From the NCBI RefSeq assembly GCF_009914755.1, contig NC_060931.1: DNA of 64,000 nt; one strand, given 5' to 3'. Below are positions 14,701-27,069 of the stretch, one piece after another (the first letter of the stretch is position 1; every line of letters starts with the position of its first letter). Source of the DNA: the human T2T-CHM13v2.0 reference genome, Homo sapiens. Under the pieces are notes generated by a model. The model saw only the letters and a list, made by a program, of their open reading frames with translations, was not told the origin of the DNA and made no database searches. The position numbers and the translations under genes are program-made.

Positions 14701-15853
14701 AAAAAAACACTAAGAATGCTTTTTAACAAAGCACAATAATTCCATTCTAGTGAAATATTAAACAAATACTTCAAATTATAGGAAAATCTCCCCTCAAATA
14801 TATTCACTGATATATTACTGAAAATAATGAAATAATATAAACAAGCTTAGTATCCAACAATAGGGGAATAAAGGCATACCCCAAGGAAGATCGGAAGATC
14901 TTTCCAGCTAGTGTTTTCTAAAAAGAATGTCTTCTGGCTTTCGATATTGAAACTTCATATAATACATTTTTCTTTTATTATAATGTTTTTCAGTCATTAT
15001 TTATAGAGGTAAATTTTATATTTATCTCTGTAAAACACGATACACCATTTTTAAGCAAAATTTGGGGTAAATCTTACTACATTTTAAGTACATCTGTACC
15101 ACGGTCACACATTTTGTAAACCATACTGAATATCAGCAAAAAGCTGTTGTATTGTGGATGTGGCTGGCCATAGGACTGGCATCTCAGGGTCGCATCCGGT
15201 GTGACACTGAGCTTTCCTTAAAAAAAAATTCGATATTGTTTTAGCACAAGATAAAAAGCTTATAACTGCACTTAACGAGAATTAAGTCAAAGTCCCATTT
15301 TGCAACGTTTTTATCTTAAGTGCCCATTACCTCCATGAAGATTTAGCAAAGCCTTCCTCTTCAATAGTTTCCACAGACATCTCTGTCATCACTTCCTCTG
15401 AGACTCATGATTTGTCTGAAGTAAGACTCTGATCATCATCTCAACTTCACCATTACATCTGTAATCAGTGACAATGAAGTGTCAACCATCCTTACCGTCT
15501 TTCTTCTGAATTTTCTTTAATTTTTAAGGCTTCACTTCATTAGTGAGCAAACAGTTTATTTCCAGATATTACCTGGTTTTTACTGTGAAATGTGCATTTC
15601 CATTATAAATTTTGTCATTGCTTAGTGTTCTTTGCTGGGCTGTATTATAAGTGTTTATCAAATGACATGCAAACTCTACAAGAATAGCATTTAAATTGTT
15701 TATCAGCAACTTTATCAACTGTCCAGTGTATGAGATGTTTTAAAAATACTTCTAACATAAGAGTTTGTTTTTTGCCCATCATCAAGTTCAACATGGATTT
15801 GAAGGGAGCTCTGCTGTCATTTAACCATTGAGACGCCCAGGTTCACAGAGATA

Positions 15854-15923
15854 TGTTTATGAACAGAATTGTATCCTGCCCAGAATTCATATGTTGCAGC
15901 CGTAACCCACAGTACAAACTGTA
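15854..15923 (+). mobile_element. MaLR LTR (MLT1A/B-type), 5' 70 bp only
   Basis: TGTTTATGAACAGAATTGTATCC...AATTCATATGTTGCAGCCGTAACC...ACTGTA matches the MLT1A start and stops at the TA before the Tigger1 TIR. Confidence 0.8.
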
Positions 15924-16288
15924 TAGGCTATATTTTGCTTTATTTTATGTTAATTTATTGTATTTGGCAGATATTTCTTTTTTAAAACAAAATTGAAGAT
16001 TTCTGACAACCCTGATCAAGAAAGTCTATTGGCATCATTCTTAAAACCACATGTGCTTACTTTGTGTCTCTGTGTCCCTGAGCCACAAAAATATTGAAAT
16101 AAGGCCAATTAATAAAACTACCATGACCTCTAAGTGTTCATATGAAAGGAAGAGTCACACATCCCTCACTTTCAATCAAAAGCTAAAAATGATTAAACTT
16201 ATTGAGGAAGGAAAGATGAGACTGACTGAAAGCTAGGCCTCTTGTGTCAAACAGCCAAATTTTCAATGTAAAGGGAAATTTCTTTGCA
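15924..16288 (+). mobile_element. Tigger1 5' fragment (internal deletion near 16076, 3'-truncated)
   Basis: Degenerate TIR, AAATTGAAGATTTCTGACAACCCTG, and transposase N-terminus MTSKCSYERKSHTSLTFNQKLKMIKL. Confidence 0.9.
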
Positions 16289-16579
16289 GTATTTGACTCC
16301 AGGTTATAAAGCTAAAATATAAAATGTACTACACATCAAGTCTGTACTGTAATTAGCAAATGTGCTTCTTACACAGGTATGGGTTAGAAATTATGGAACT
16401 AAGTTATATGTATATTAAATTGAACATATAAATATGCTGTAGATAATGATAGCTAGCCTTCTCATTGTTGAAGAAAGAGGTTACAAATAAGACAGAAGAA
16501 AAGAATGAATTCTGTGTTGCTGGATTGAAATTGGAGGAAGCAGTGCGATCTCATGGTTTTAAATTATTGATACAGATAG

Positions 16580-17051
16580 TATAGCAGTTTCCCATTACTG
16601 CCATATGAAATTAGCATAAATGTAGCAGGTTATGACAACAATGATTTGTTATTTTATAGTTCTGAAGGTCATAAGTCCAAAAGGGCTGGGTTAATATCAA
16701 GGTGTTTGCAGGGCTGCATTTTCTTTTAGAAGATCTAGGAGAAAATCTAACTTGCTTGCCTGTTTCAGCTTCCAAAGGCTGTCTGCATTCCTTGGCTTGT
16801 GGCTCCCTTCCCCCATTTTCAAAGCCATCAGCATAGCATATTCAAATTTCTCTTCAATTCTGACCTTTCCTTCCCCTGTCTTCATTTATAAAAACCCTTT
16901 TGATTACATTAGGTCTACCCAGATAATCCCTCCCCACTCAAGATCCCTAACATATCACATAAGTCTCTTTTGCCACATATGGTAACATGTTCACAAAAGT
17001 CTGGTTATTAGGATGTAGACATCTTTAGGAGGCCTTTCTTCTGCCTACACA
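16580..17051 (-). mobile_element. MLT1D-like solo LTR
   Basis: Typical MLT1D sequence; 5-bp TSD GATAG at 16575-16579 and 17052-17056. Confidence 0.88.
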
Positions 17052-17479
17052 GATAGACAGCTCAGAAATAAATCTCCATATGTATGTATCTGCACAGGTC
17101 AAAATTTTCTCTCTCTAGATATATTTTCAAGCTTTGACTGCTGAGAGGGCCTGGCAACAGAGAAACCACAATAGCAAACAACACATCTCCACCTCAGATC
17201 TTAGTTCTGCAATAACATTCTTCAATGAAAAGAGCTCAGAGCCTTTGAAGAAGCTGTTGATTTCAGAGCTGTAGCACTGAAAACACAAGTTGAGCCTAGA
17301 ACATTCTGTGGTGCTTCCAAAATAGAAAAGTTATCCAAAATAACGGAGGCATAGTAGAAATCAATCTGAAAGAACCCCCATTGGCCAAAACTGGAAATAA
17401 CTAAACAACAAAATAAGTAATGATTGTATTGGATTACAATCTATAAAGTAAAACATATACCTATGTGTCTATTCTGAAT

Positions 17480-17652
17480 GAAGTTGCCAGTTAAAATATA
17501 AGACACACAAATTTTAATTGCAGCTAAACAATGTATGAAAGTATATTTCAAATATACATGGGACATACTTATACTAAAATTTATTTGCTGCTTGGCTGAA
17601 ATTAAAATCTAACTGGGTGTTCTGTATCTTCATTTATAAAATTAGGCAATCA
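17480..17652. mobile_element. MER53 palindromic hAT MITE
   Basis: GTTGCCAG...GGGACATACTTATACTAAAA...AACTGGGTGTTCTGTAT...GGCAA. Confidence 0.8.
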
Positions 17653-17942
17653 CAATCCTGATATAAATAAATAGCTGATTGATAGATATAAGTAGATGAA
17701 TGACAGAAAGATAAATAAGCAAAGACAGTATTTTATTGCAGAAGGATACTGATTAATGACTATAAGCAAAATGAAAGAAACAGAAAATCACCAACAGAAC
17801 ACCATAGAAATATTTGTCTCAGAGAAGATTAAGTTGATGGCTACTAAAATTAGTGGGTTAAAAGTCTGTGGAGAAACAAGATACAAAGTCCCAAAAAGAC
17901 TCCCCCAAGGTATTTATTAACCAGAAAGCAAACAATGGCAAC

Positions 17943-18690
17943 TCTAGGTTGATTTATCCCCCCATAAACTATTCCCATCTTCGAACCCCAGGTACCTATG
18001 AATGTGATATTATTTGAAATGGGGTCTTAACAGATATAATTAAGTATCTTGATATGAGATCCTGGATTTAGGATAGACATTAAATCCAATCACAGTCATA
18101 TGGTGCTTAACAACATTTCAAACCAAAACAGACTGCATATGCAATGGTGGGCCTATAAAATTATAACAAAGCAGAAAATTTCCCACTGCCTAGAGCCATC
18201 CTAGCCATCGTAAAGTCATAGTGCAATGCATTACCATGTGTTTGTGGTGAAGCTGGTGTGTAGTGTTTATAAAGTCTACAGTAGTGTACAACTGTGTCCT
18301 AGGCATTCTAATTCACTCACCACTCACACACTGACTCACTCAGAGCAGCTTCCAGTTCTGCAAACTCCTTTCACGGTAAGTTCCCTCCACAAGAGTACCA
18401 TGTTTATCTTTTATACTATGTTTTGACTGTTTCTTTTTTTATGTTTAGATACACAAGTACTGACAATTATGTTACAATTTCCTATAATATTCAGTATAGT
18501 AACATGCTGTACAGGTTTGTAACCTAGAAGCAACACGCTATGCCTTATAGCCTAGGTGTGTAGGAGGCTATACCATCTAGGTTTGTGTAAGTTCATTCCG
18601 TGATGCAATTTTCAGAATGTATCCCTGTCATTAAGTGACATATGACTATACTGATGTCTTTATAAGGAGAGGAAAACTGAAGACATGGGG
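17943..18690 (+). mobile_element. MLT1C-like LTR fragment split by Tigger3
   Basis: GGTACCTATGAATGTGATATTATTTG...TAAATCCAAT, resuming at CTGATGTCTTTATAAGGAGAGG. Confidence 0.7.
18093..18648 (+). mobile_element. Tigger3-family non-autonomous element
   Basis: TIRs CAGTCATATGGTGCTTAA / TTAAGTGACATATGACTA; TAGCCTAGGTGTGTAGGAGGCTATACCATCTAGG. Confidence 0.88.
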
Positions 18691-19090
18691 TTTGCATCCT
18701 GGAAAAGAAGGAAACATTAGGGAGAAAAAGAATGAAATCTGAATAAAGTCTTTAGATTAGTTAATAGTATTATGACAATGGTAATACTATTTCCAAATAT
18801 TTCTTTTAATATTTATCAAACAAATATTAGAATATTTACCAAATTACTAAGTATTTATTTTAGTAATTATACTATAGGTATATCAACCTTTAGGAAAGTG
18901 GGGAATAAGGTATAAGAGACATCTCTACTATATTTCAACTCTTTTGTAAATGTATTTTTTTGAAAATACAAAGTATTAAATAAAAATTTTATTGTTGAGA
19001 GCTAACTGAGCAGTTTCATTTGGGTGTTACCGTTAGAAACAAGACTACCCTAATTGCTTTTAACTGGGGTATAGGATAGGAGAGTCAGAG

Positions 19091-19458
19091 TACTATGGAC
19101 TGAATTATTTGCCCTCAAAATTTATATGCTGAGATTCTAACCCCTGTACCTCAGAAGACAGGACCTTTAAAGAGGTAACTAAGTTAAGAGGAGCCCATTA
19201 GGATGGGCTCTGATCCAATCTGACTGTTGTCATAAGGATATGAAGACACTGGAGAATCACCAAGAGAAAAGACCCCATGAGGACACAGTGGAAAGGCAGC
19301 CACTTGCAACCCAAGGAGAGAAGCATCAGGAGAAAGGGAACCTGCCGACACCTAGTTCTTTGGTTTCCAGTTTCTGGAAATATGAGAAAATCAATTTCTG
19401 TTGTTTAAGCAACTCAGTTTGTGGCAGGTTGTTACGGCAGCCGTAGCAAACAATTGCA
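19091..19458 (+). mobile_element. MLT1B-like solo LTR, inserted in a MIR (MIR remainder ~19500-19616)
   Basis: TACTATGGACTGAATT...GTACCTCAGAA...TTTCTGTTGTTTAAGC. Confidence 0.85.
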
Positions 19459-20343
19459 CAGCTAGTATAACCTCTTGCCCATGGAAGCTGTGGTGGAATC
19501 CATGCAGGCTTTGAATAAGTTAACATCTCCCAATTTCCCCTTGTTTATCTATATTTGAAGAATAATACTTATATTTAAGCCTGTTACGATTATCAGAAAC
19601 ACTATAGCTAACAGCATTTTTTTTTTTATGAAGAGAGAAGCAATTTTTTGCTAAGCATGAAAGGGGGCATTCAAGTTCAGAGCTTGAGGGGCAGAGTGAA
19701 CGTTTTGAAGAGACATGACAAGAAACAGGAGATCAAAGAGTAGACATAAAATAAAGTATAATTCCAATGAACTCCATGACTAAATAACATCCCCAAGTAG
19801 TTAATTTGCTTGTATCAAAACCTAATTACAAATGCCCTTTGTGCCATTTGTAATTCAAGCTTCTTTTTGTCCTTTTACAAAGCAAATCAAATATGCAATA
19901 TATATTTATTATAGGTTGGCCTCTAAAAGTTAGACAATGGAAGCCTTCAGATATTTGACACCGAGTTATCTAATTAGTGTCAGTAAAACTTAAAATATAC
20001 ACAATTCACATTAGATAATGTATGTTAAGAGAGAACTTTCAGAAAAAGGCTAAATTGTAACTCCCATATAAAAAGAACATATGTTAAAGATTGTATTTAA
20101 CTCATGAGGGAAGCAGGCAGATGTTACCAATGGTTCAAAAGAGAATCTGAAAATGGAAACAATTATAGATCAGGAATATTAAAATGCAAATGCATATGAG
20201 AGAAAAGTAGTTTTTCCTCTTCGTAGGAGGAAGACAACTGAACCTCCACCAGCCAGGATAGAATTTACATGCCTGTCAATGACATACAACTTAAAAAAGT
20301 AAAAAAATCACTCAAGAGATAATGAAAGACTTGAATCAGATAA

Positions 20344-20679
<336 letters not shown>

Positions 20680-20734
20680 CATTTTTCTTTTGGAAGCATA
20701 AATTTCTTTCTACATATTTAGACAGAGGTCCTAA

Positions 20735-21407
20735 TGTATCTGGAATTGGTTCCTTCCAGTGGGTTCTTGGTCTCGCTGACTTCAAGAATGAAGTCGTGGA
20801 CCCTTCTGGTGAGTGTTACAGTTCTTAAAGATGGTGTGTCCGGAGCTTGTTCCTTCAGATGTTCAGATGTGTCCGGAGTTTCTTCCTTCTGGTGGGTTTG
20901 TGGTCTTGCTGACTTTAGGAGTGAAGCCACAGACCTTCGCAGTGAGTGTTATAGCTCTTAAAGGTGGCTCGTTCCTCCCGGTGGGTTCATGTTCTCGCTG
21001 ACTTCAGGAGTGAAGCTGCAGACCTTCCCGGTGAGTGTTACAGCTCATAAAGGTAGTGCAGACCCAAAGAGTGAGCAGCATCAAGATTTATTGCAAAGAG
21101 CGAAAGAACAACGCTTCCACAGCGTGGAAGGGGACCCCAGCGGATTGCTGCTGCTGGCTCGGTGGCCAGCTTTTATTCCCTTATTTGGCCTGGCTCATGT
21201 CCTGCTGACTGGTCCATTTTACAGAGCGCTGATTGGTCCATTTTACAGAGTGCTGATTGGTGCGTTTTTACAGAGTGCTGATTGGTGCGTTTATAAACCT
21301 TTAGCTAGATACAGAGCGCTGATTGGTGTGTTTACAATCCTTTAGCTAGACAGAAAAGTTCTCCAAGTCCCCACCCGACCCAGAAGCCCAGCCAGCTTCA
21401 CCGCTCA
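20735..21407 (-). mobile_element. LTR12-family (ERV9) solo LTR
   Basis: TG...CA ends; 4-bp TSD CTAA at 20731-20734 and 21408-21411; U5 repeats GTGAGTGTTACAG; U3 repeats GCTGATTGG. Confidence 0.95.
21165..21330 (-). promoter_or_regulatory. LTR12 U3 promoter: tandem CCAAT boxes plus AATAAAA TATA-like box
   Basis: GATTGG at ~21231, 21256, 21280 and 21321; TTTTATT at 21171. Confidence 0.6.
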
Positions 21408-23475
21408 CTAACATGCTGTTTCTTTAATGAAATGTTGGTGATACGTCAAGGTCAGGATATTTTGGGGTATTCATAGGCCAAGAAAGTTAAAAATAGTTCC
21501 AGTGTGGCACATCCTCATGACTTCTGAAGAAGCTTCTCAAGTGGGTCTCTTTTAGTCAGCTATTTTTTTCTTCCTACAAAATGCTCAACAGTTTAGATAT
21601 TCATGGTATAACCTCTATAGAGCCCTGTTCTGAATCTTATTAAAAGATATGAAATAAGCCTGAATGTAGACATTAAATATAAAAGTGTATGTAAAAATTT
21701 TAATTATTCAACTAGAGAATCAGTATGTGTTTTTGCTCTATGAGTAACATTCTAAAGTGAGTAAAAAAGATGGCTTGGAAAATAGACCCTAATAGAAAGG
21801 TTCAACTAGTTAGTTTGCCTTTTGTTTTCATTTCTGCTTTAGTCTGGGAGAATCAGTAGACCTAAAATAAGTCTTTGAAAGACACCAAAAGGTGCATTGT
21901 AGTAAATTATTTTCCATAGCTACAAAGGGCAGAAAAATAGATCAGTTCAGATTTCTTATGAAAAATGCACATTAGAATACATAGATATAGTGGTGTTAAT
22001 TTTTAAACAGCTTACTGAAGGAAGTTATTGATATCCCTTCCTTGCTTTAGAGTCTAAAAAAGAACCATTTGCCGTTTATCTAAAGTGGCCTAAAAATAAA
22101 TAGAAAATGAGTAAAAAATAGGAATCACCTAGGAAATTGTATAAATATTGCAAAGAACCAGCTCATATTATTCAGACTCAATAGGTAAGCAGTGAAGCCC
22201 AAGGATTAGAATTTTTATGACGGTTTTCACGTCATTTCAATGTACCTGTAGGTGTGGAATCAACTTCACAAGTTGTCCTCAGCCCACTTTTATTCTGACA
22301 TATCATCCTATTAACCTCTCATAACATTCGATATAAATAATTCTGTGCAATATAGCTTCATGTGAACAGTGAAGTGGGAAAGGCAGAAATGTACCAGTAA
22401 TTCCTGGATTTTCAAGTTTCAGAAAACCATTACAATCCAAAATGCAAAACGTATGTACCTGGAAGAGGAGATAAGGATATCTTCAGTCGGGTGCCTTCTC
22501 CTGTTTTCAGTACGCATTCCCTAATAATCTATCCGTAGGCCCTTGAGACCCTGGCAATTGCCTTGGAATATTGGCAACCTGGCTCTATCTTGCTATATTG
22601 TATTTTTACAATGTTCTTATTTTATTCATTAGTTTTAGCAGGTCACAATAATTTGTTTTGCTATTTATAGGCACTCAGGATACATTCACGTACTTTGCTG
22701 ATAATGAAGTACTTTCTGTTTTACCAAATATCAGACTCTTGCATTTAAAATGTTTGTCTACATATCCCCTTTAGTACTTGTTTTATTTGCTCCGAAAGTG
22801 ATCATTTTTTAAAATTTTATATTTTTAAAAAAGAACAAACTCTTACAGGTCCCATTTAATGAAGAAGTCATTGTAACAGATAAAAATTTTCCATCTGCAA
22901 TTTTGCTTAGATAGTACCTGTTTTTAAAATGTAACAGTGAATAGTTCACCTGGGAAAGTAAATGTTTAACTGAGGATTTTTCATCATTACATGTATTCAG
23001 AACAACACAATTATTAAAGGGAACTAACCAATTTTTTTAATTTAGTGAATCTGGAAGGTGTTTTTCTTGCCTACTGTTTGTCAAGATCACTTAAGAGATG
23101 AAAAATAACATAGTGCCAGAAGGACAGAAACATTGAAAGGGAATGAGCAGTTTTGACAATAATAATAGATGAGTGTTTTGTGAAAATAGGTTACAGGTTT
23201 ATCATTAATATTAAAGCTGCAACTCAAAATAAATGGGCACAATTTACAATAATCATTTACCATAATTACACATACATAGAAGACTTTTCTATCTCCAATA
23301 ATCTCAAACTGGAGAGAGTTGAAGTTAACATTTCAATGAGAATGAACTTCAGTGCAGAACCACACTACAGTTATGACTAACTTAGACTCAAATGAGGTTC
23401 AACTGAGTTATTATTATTCCATCCAGGGTAACTTCACCTCAAATCCTCCCTGGACATGCAAGAATATTGTGGTAA

Positions 23476-23506
23476 AATAATAATAATAAATAAATAAATA
23501 AATAAA
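23476..23506. repeat. (TAA)n(TAAA)n simple repeat
   Basis: Seen directly. Confidence 0.85.
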
Positions 23507-23604
23507 ACTTACCAAATAAAAATGTCTTTCCCGGCTCTAAATTTGGTTTTTTCCTATACTTGTAAGGAAAACAGACCCCAAAGTGGCTAAGACCAGATCT
23601 GATA

Positions 23605-23695
23605 TTAGAGGGAAGAAATGAGCTTATTTATGTAAAGTGCATAGCCCAGTTCCTAAATGACAAGTAATCACTTCATGGTAGTTATTGTTTATATT
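23605..23695 (+). mobile_element. MIR 3' fragment
   Basis: AAATGAG...TATGTAAAGTGCATAGCCCAGTTCCT. Confidence 0.55.
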
Positions 23696-24084
23696 TGTTA
23701 ATATTCACCAACTTTTCTTTGCTAAAAATTGCCTTACGTAAACAAATGAACCAATAAAACTAAGAGACAAACAAAAAAAAAATCTTCCTGGATAAGCTCT
23801 CTGGGCAGTCCTGCCACTGGGATTGTACTGCCCACATGCCAACATTGCATCTCCAGGAAGGTCCACACCATTCCCATTGAACCTTATTTATTTTATACTA
23901 AAAAATAAGTACCTCTCCAAAAATATAAGTAGTTTTTGACTGAAAATTATTTTAAGTGTATGGGTAAAAGTGTATGGACAATGGCTGAAATGAAATATGT
24001 ACATATACAAAAAGAAAGTGGTTCTGAGAGTGAATGTATACGTGATTACATCTTATTCTGATTTTTTTTGGTTAACTTTTCTTG

Positions 24085-24690
24085 TCCATTTATTTTCTAT
24101 GCTTCCATAACAAATGACAACAAACAAAATGGCTTGAAACAACAAATTCATTACTTTACAATTCAGAAGATCAAAAAACCTAGTAGGCATGAGTCTCACT
24201 GGACTAAGATAAAGGTATTGGCAGGGTTGTGTTCCTATCTGGAGGCTCTAGGGGAGAGAATATCTTTAGTACTCTTTCAGGTTGTTAGCAGAATTCAGTA
24301 CCTTGCAGCTGTAGGACCAAGGTTACCATTTTTTGCTGCATGTAAGCTGAAGACTCTTCCCAGCTTCTAGCGGCTACCGGCATTTGTGACCCCCTTCTTC
24401 CATCTTCAAAGTTAGCAAGAAGGTGAGGGGGAGTCAAGTCCTTCTCATATTGCATCTCTCAGATCCATCTTTCTGCCTTCCGCTACTACTTTTAAGGACT
24501 TAAGTGATTAAATTAGGCCCATCTGGATAACAACCCAGGATCAGGATAACCTGCCTATTTTAAGGTCAGGTGATACATAATCTGAATCCCATCTATAGCT
24601 TTGGTTCTCTTTGCCATCTAACTTAATAGAGTGACAGATTCTAGGGGATTAGGATGTGAACATTTTAGGGAATCTTTACACTGCCTACAG
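24085..24690 (-). mobile_element. MLT1E-like solo LTR
   Basis: GGAGGCTCTAGGGGAGA, GCAGAATTCAGTACCTTGCAGCTGTAGGAC, ends CTGCCTACA. Confidence 0.85.
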
Positions 24691-24829
24691 ACAGTAGGTA
24701 GGCTTTTGACAACAAACTTTCAGAGTAACAGAGCCCAAATTTTGTACACCCAGTATTGATTTTACCAACTTTACCCATCATCTCTTGTTGCCAATTTTAC
24801 TCTCTCATTTCTATTACCTATCTCTAAGT

Positions 24830-25526
24830 AAATAGCACAGTCTCTGCAATAAATCACAATTTCTCATGGTCACAACCACTCATTCTAGTTCTGCAAACAG
24901 TCTTACTATCTCTTCAATGTTTTTCAATCCATTTCTGACTTTGAATATCCAATTACTGCTATAGTACAAGCTCATATTCTTTTGATTCTCTTTATATATA
25001 TATATACTTTAAGTTCTAGTGTACATGTGCACAACGTGCAGGTTTGTTACATATGTATACATGTGCCATGTTGGCGTCTTGGTGTGCTGCAGAAAAATTT
25101 CTACACATTAGTGAGTATATTCTGTCTAAAATGATTTTGTCATACTATCATTTTCCTGGTGAAAACCTTTCATAAGTACACTGTTTTCCTAGGAAAATGT
25201 ACTGCTTAGCTGTCCTCTTTTTCTCTCATCCTTTACTTGACTTTTCTATTCAACAGCCAAGACTTGGCTTATCTATCATTTCTTTGAGTAGGAATCCTCA
25301 CTCTTCCATTCTGGGTAAGGTACATCTTCTCATTCTTCTATACTTACCTCTCACAATATTTATCACACTGTTATCACCATAAATTTTCTTATCTATTTCT
25401 CTCAATGGATTGTAAGCTTCTGAAGAGCAAAGTTGTGCCTCTTATCTGACTTGAGTCCTTGAGTTCAGTTTAGAGCATGGCAACTAGTATGTATTAATAT
25501 CCAATAAATATATGCTGAATGAATAA
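24830..25526 (+). mobile_element. L2 3' fragment
   Basis: GATTGTAAGCTTCTGAAGAGCA...AATAAATATATGCTGAATGAAT terminal motif. Confidence 0.65.
24991..25091 (-). mobile_element. ~100-bp L1PA 3' terminus with (TA)n tail
   Basis: TATACTTTAAGTTCTAGTGTACATGTGCACAACGTGCAGGTTTGTTACATATG. Confidence 0.9.
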
Positions 25527-25592
25527 TTAATAGTGATTAATATTATGTCTACCCTGTCTAGTCACATGGAATTCTTGAGGTCTCAGAGGCAA

Positions 25593-26033
25593 GGAATCTA
25601 GAGGACATTATGCTAAGTGAAATAAGCCAGACACAGAAAGAAAAATATTGCATGATCTCATTTACATGTAGAATCTAAAAAAATTCAAATATACAAAATA
25701 GAGGATAAAATGGGCATGGAGGCGGGAAAATGGGCGAGATGTAGATTCAAGATTACAAAGTAGCAGATACGTAAGATGAACAAGTCTAGAGATCAAACGT
25801 ACAATATTAGAACTATAGTTAATAAAGTACTGTGTTTGGGATTCCTATCAGATGGATAGATTTCAGTAGCTCTTTCTATAAAAAGAAAAAATGAGTAACT
25901 ATGTGAGATGATAAATATGTTAGTATGCTTCACTATAGTTAGTAACTCCTTTAACTATCTATATGTATTTCTTATATCATGTTACATACCTTAAATACAC
26001 ACGATAAAATTTAAATACATACATACATAAAAC
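25593..26033 (+). mobile_element. L1MA-type 3' end
   Basis: GAGGACATTATGCTAAGTGAAATAAGCCAG; AGAGGCAA on both flanks as probable TSD. Confidence 0.85.
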
Positions 26034-26747
26034 AAAGAGGCAAAGTATGAGAAAATTATTTGGAAAACATATGCTACACTCATAGCTTTATACATTTTTT
26101 AATTTACAAATAAAAGATTTATTGTTAAGTATAATATATTAGCAGTCAATTTGCCTTGCTTTCCAGCACGTCTATACTTCGCAGAAAATTAAATATTTTA
26201 AAAGCTATTTTTAGAAACTTTATACTTGCCAATCTTTGTGTATTATGTACTAGTATTACATGTCAAAAAAGGCAGAGAGATCTATTATGGTAAACCTACT
26301 TTCATATCTGCCTGGGGTCACAAGTCTCTTCCAGTACTAAGGCATGGACCATGTAGTGGGAATCCTGACATGCTGACAACATATTCCTATTAATTTAATA
26401 GTTGAATGAATGCCAGTTTAGAAATCAATGGATAGTTGCTCTATTGTATTTCAAACAACTGCTCCTCTGAAAGTGTTGAATATAGAGTTAAATAAAATCA
26501 GAGTACCAATACAAGTAGCATAAGACATCTGTCTTTTTATTTGAGCTGTGGTCAAGCTTGGGAAAAAAGTTTAGTTGGTTATTAATCTGATTATATCGGA
26601 ACACTCAGTAAGCATCAGAAAATTACTATCTTTTCATTATGCCTGGATTTTATGAATCTTTCCATATGTCCTTTTCAAACTAAGGGAAGGGTGATCCTGA
26701 AAACAATTCTTCCAAAAGTACAGTAGTCGTTTACAAAATAAATATAA

Positions 26748-27067
<320 letters not shown>

Positions 27068-27069
27068 TA

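Larger units (their letters stand above)
16289..18990 (+). mobile_element. L1MC3-like 3' region, interrupted by MLT1D, MER53 and MLT1C/Tigger3
   Basis: ACACAGGTATGGGTTAG, GGATTGAAATTGGAGG, CTGCTGAGAGGGCCT, GAAATCTGAATAAAGTC. Confidence 0.75.

Noticed and set aside
14885-14900. AGATCGGAAGA resembling an Illumina adapter
   Set aside because: Only 11 nt match and it is explained by the local tandem duplication GGAAGATC x2.
8129-18995. TSD linking the L1 5' start (8128) to the L1MC 3' end (~18990) across the inferred inversion
   Set aside because: The flanks are too diverged to call a TSD, so this was not used as evidence.
20760-21350. Spaced direct repeats resembling a CRISPR-like array
   Set aside because: These are the normal U5 and U3 tandem subunits of LTR12, with no unique spacers, in a eukaryotic context.
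22495-22545. Strong acceptor-like CCTTCTCCTGTTTTCAG
   Set aside because: All three downstream frames stop within 12 codons and I found no convincing partner donor.
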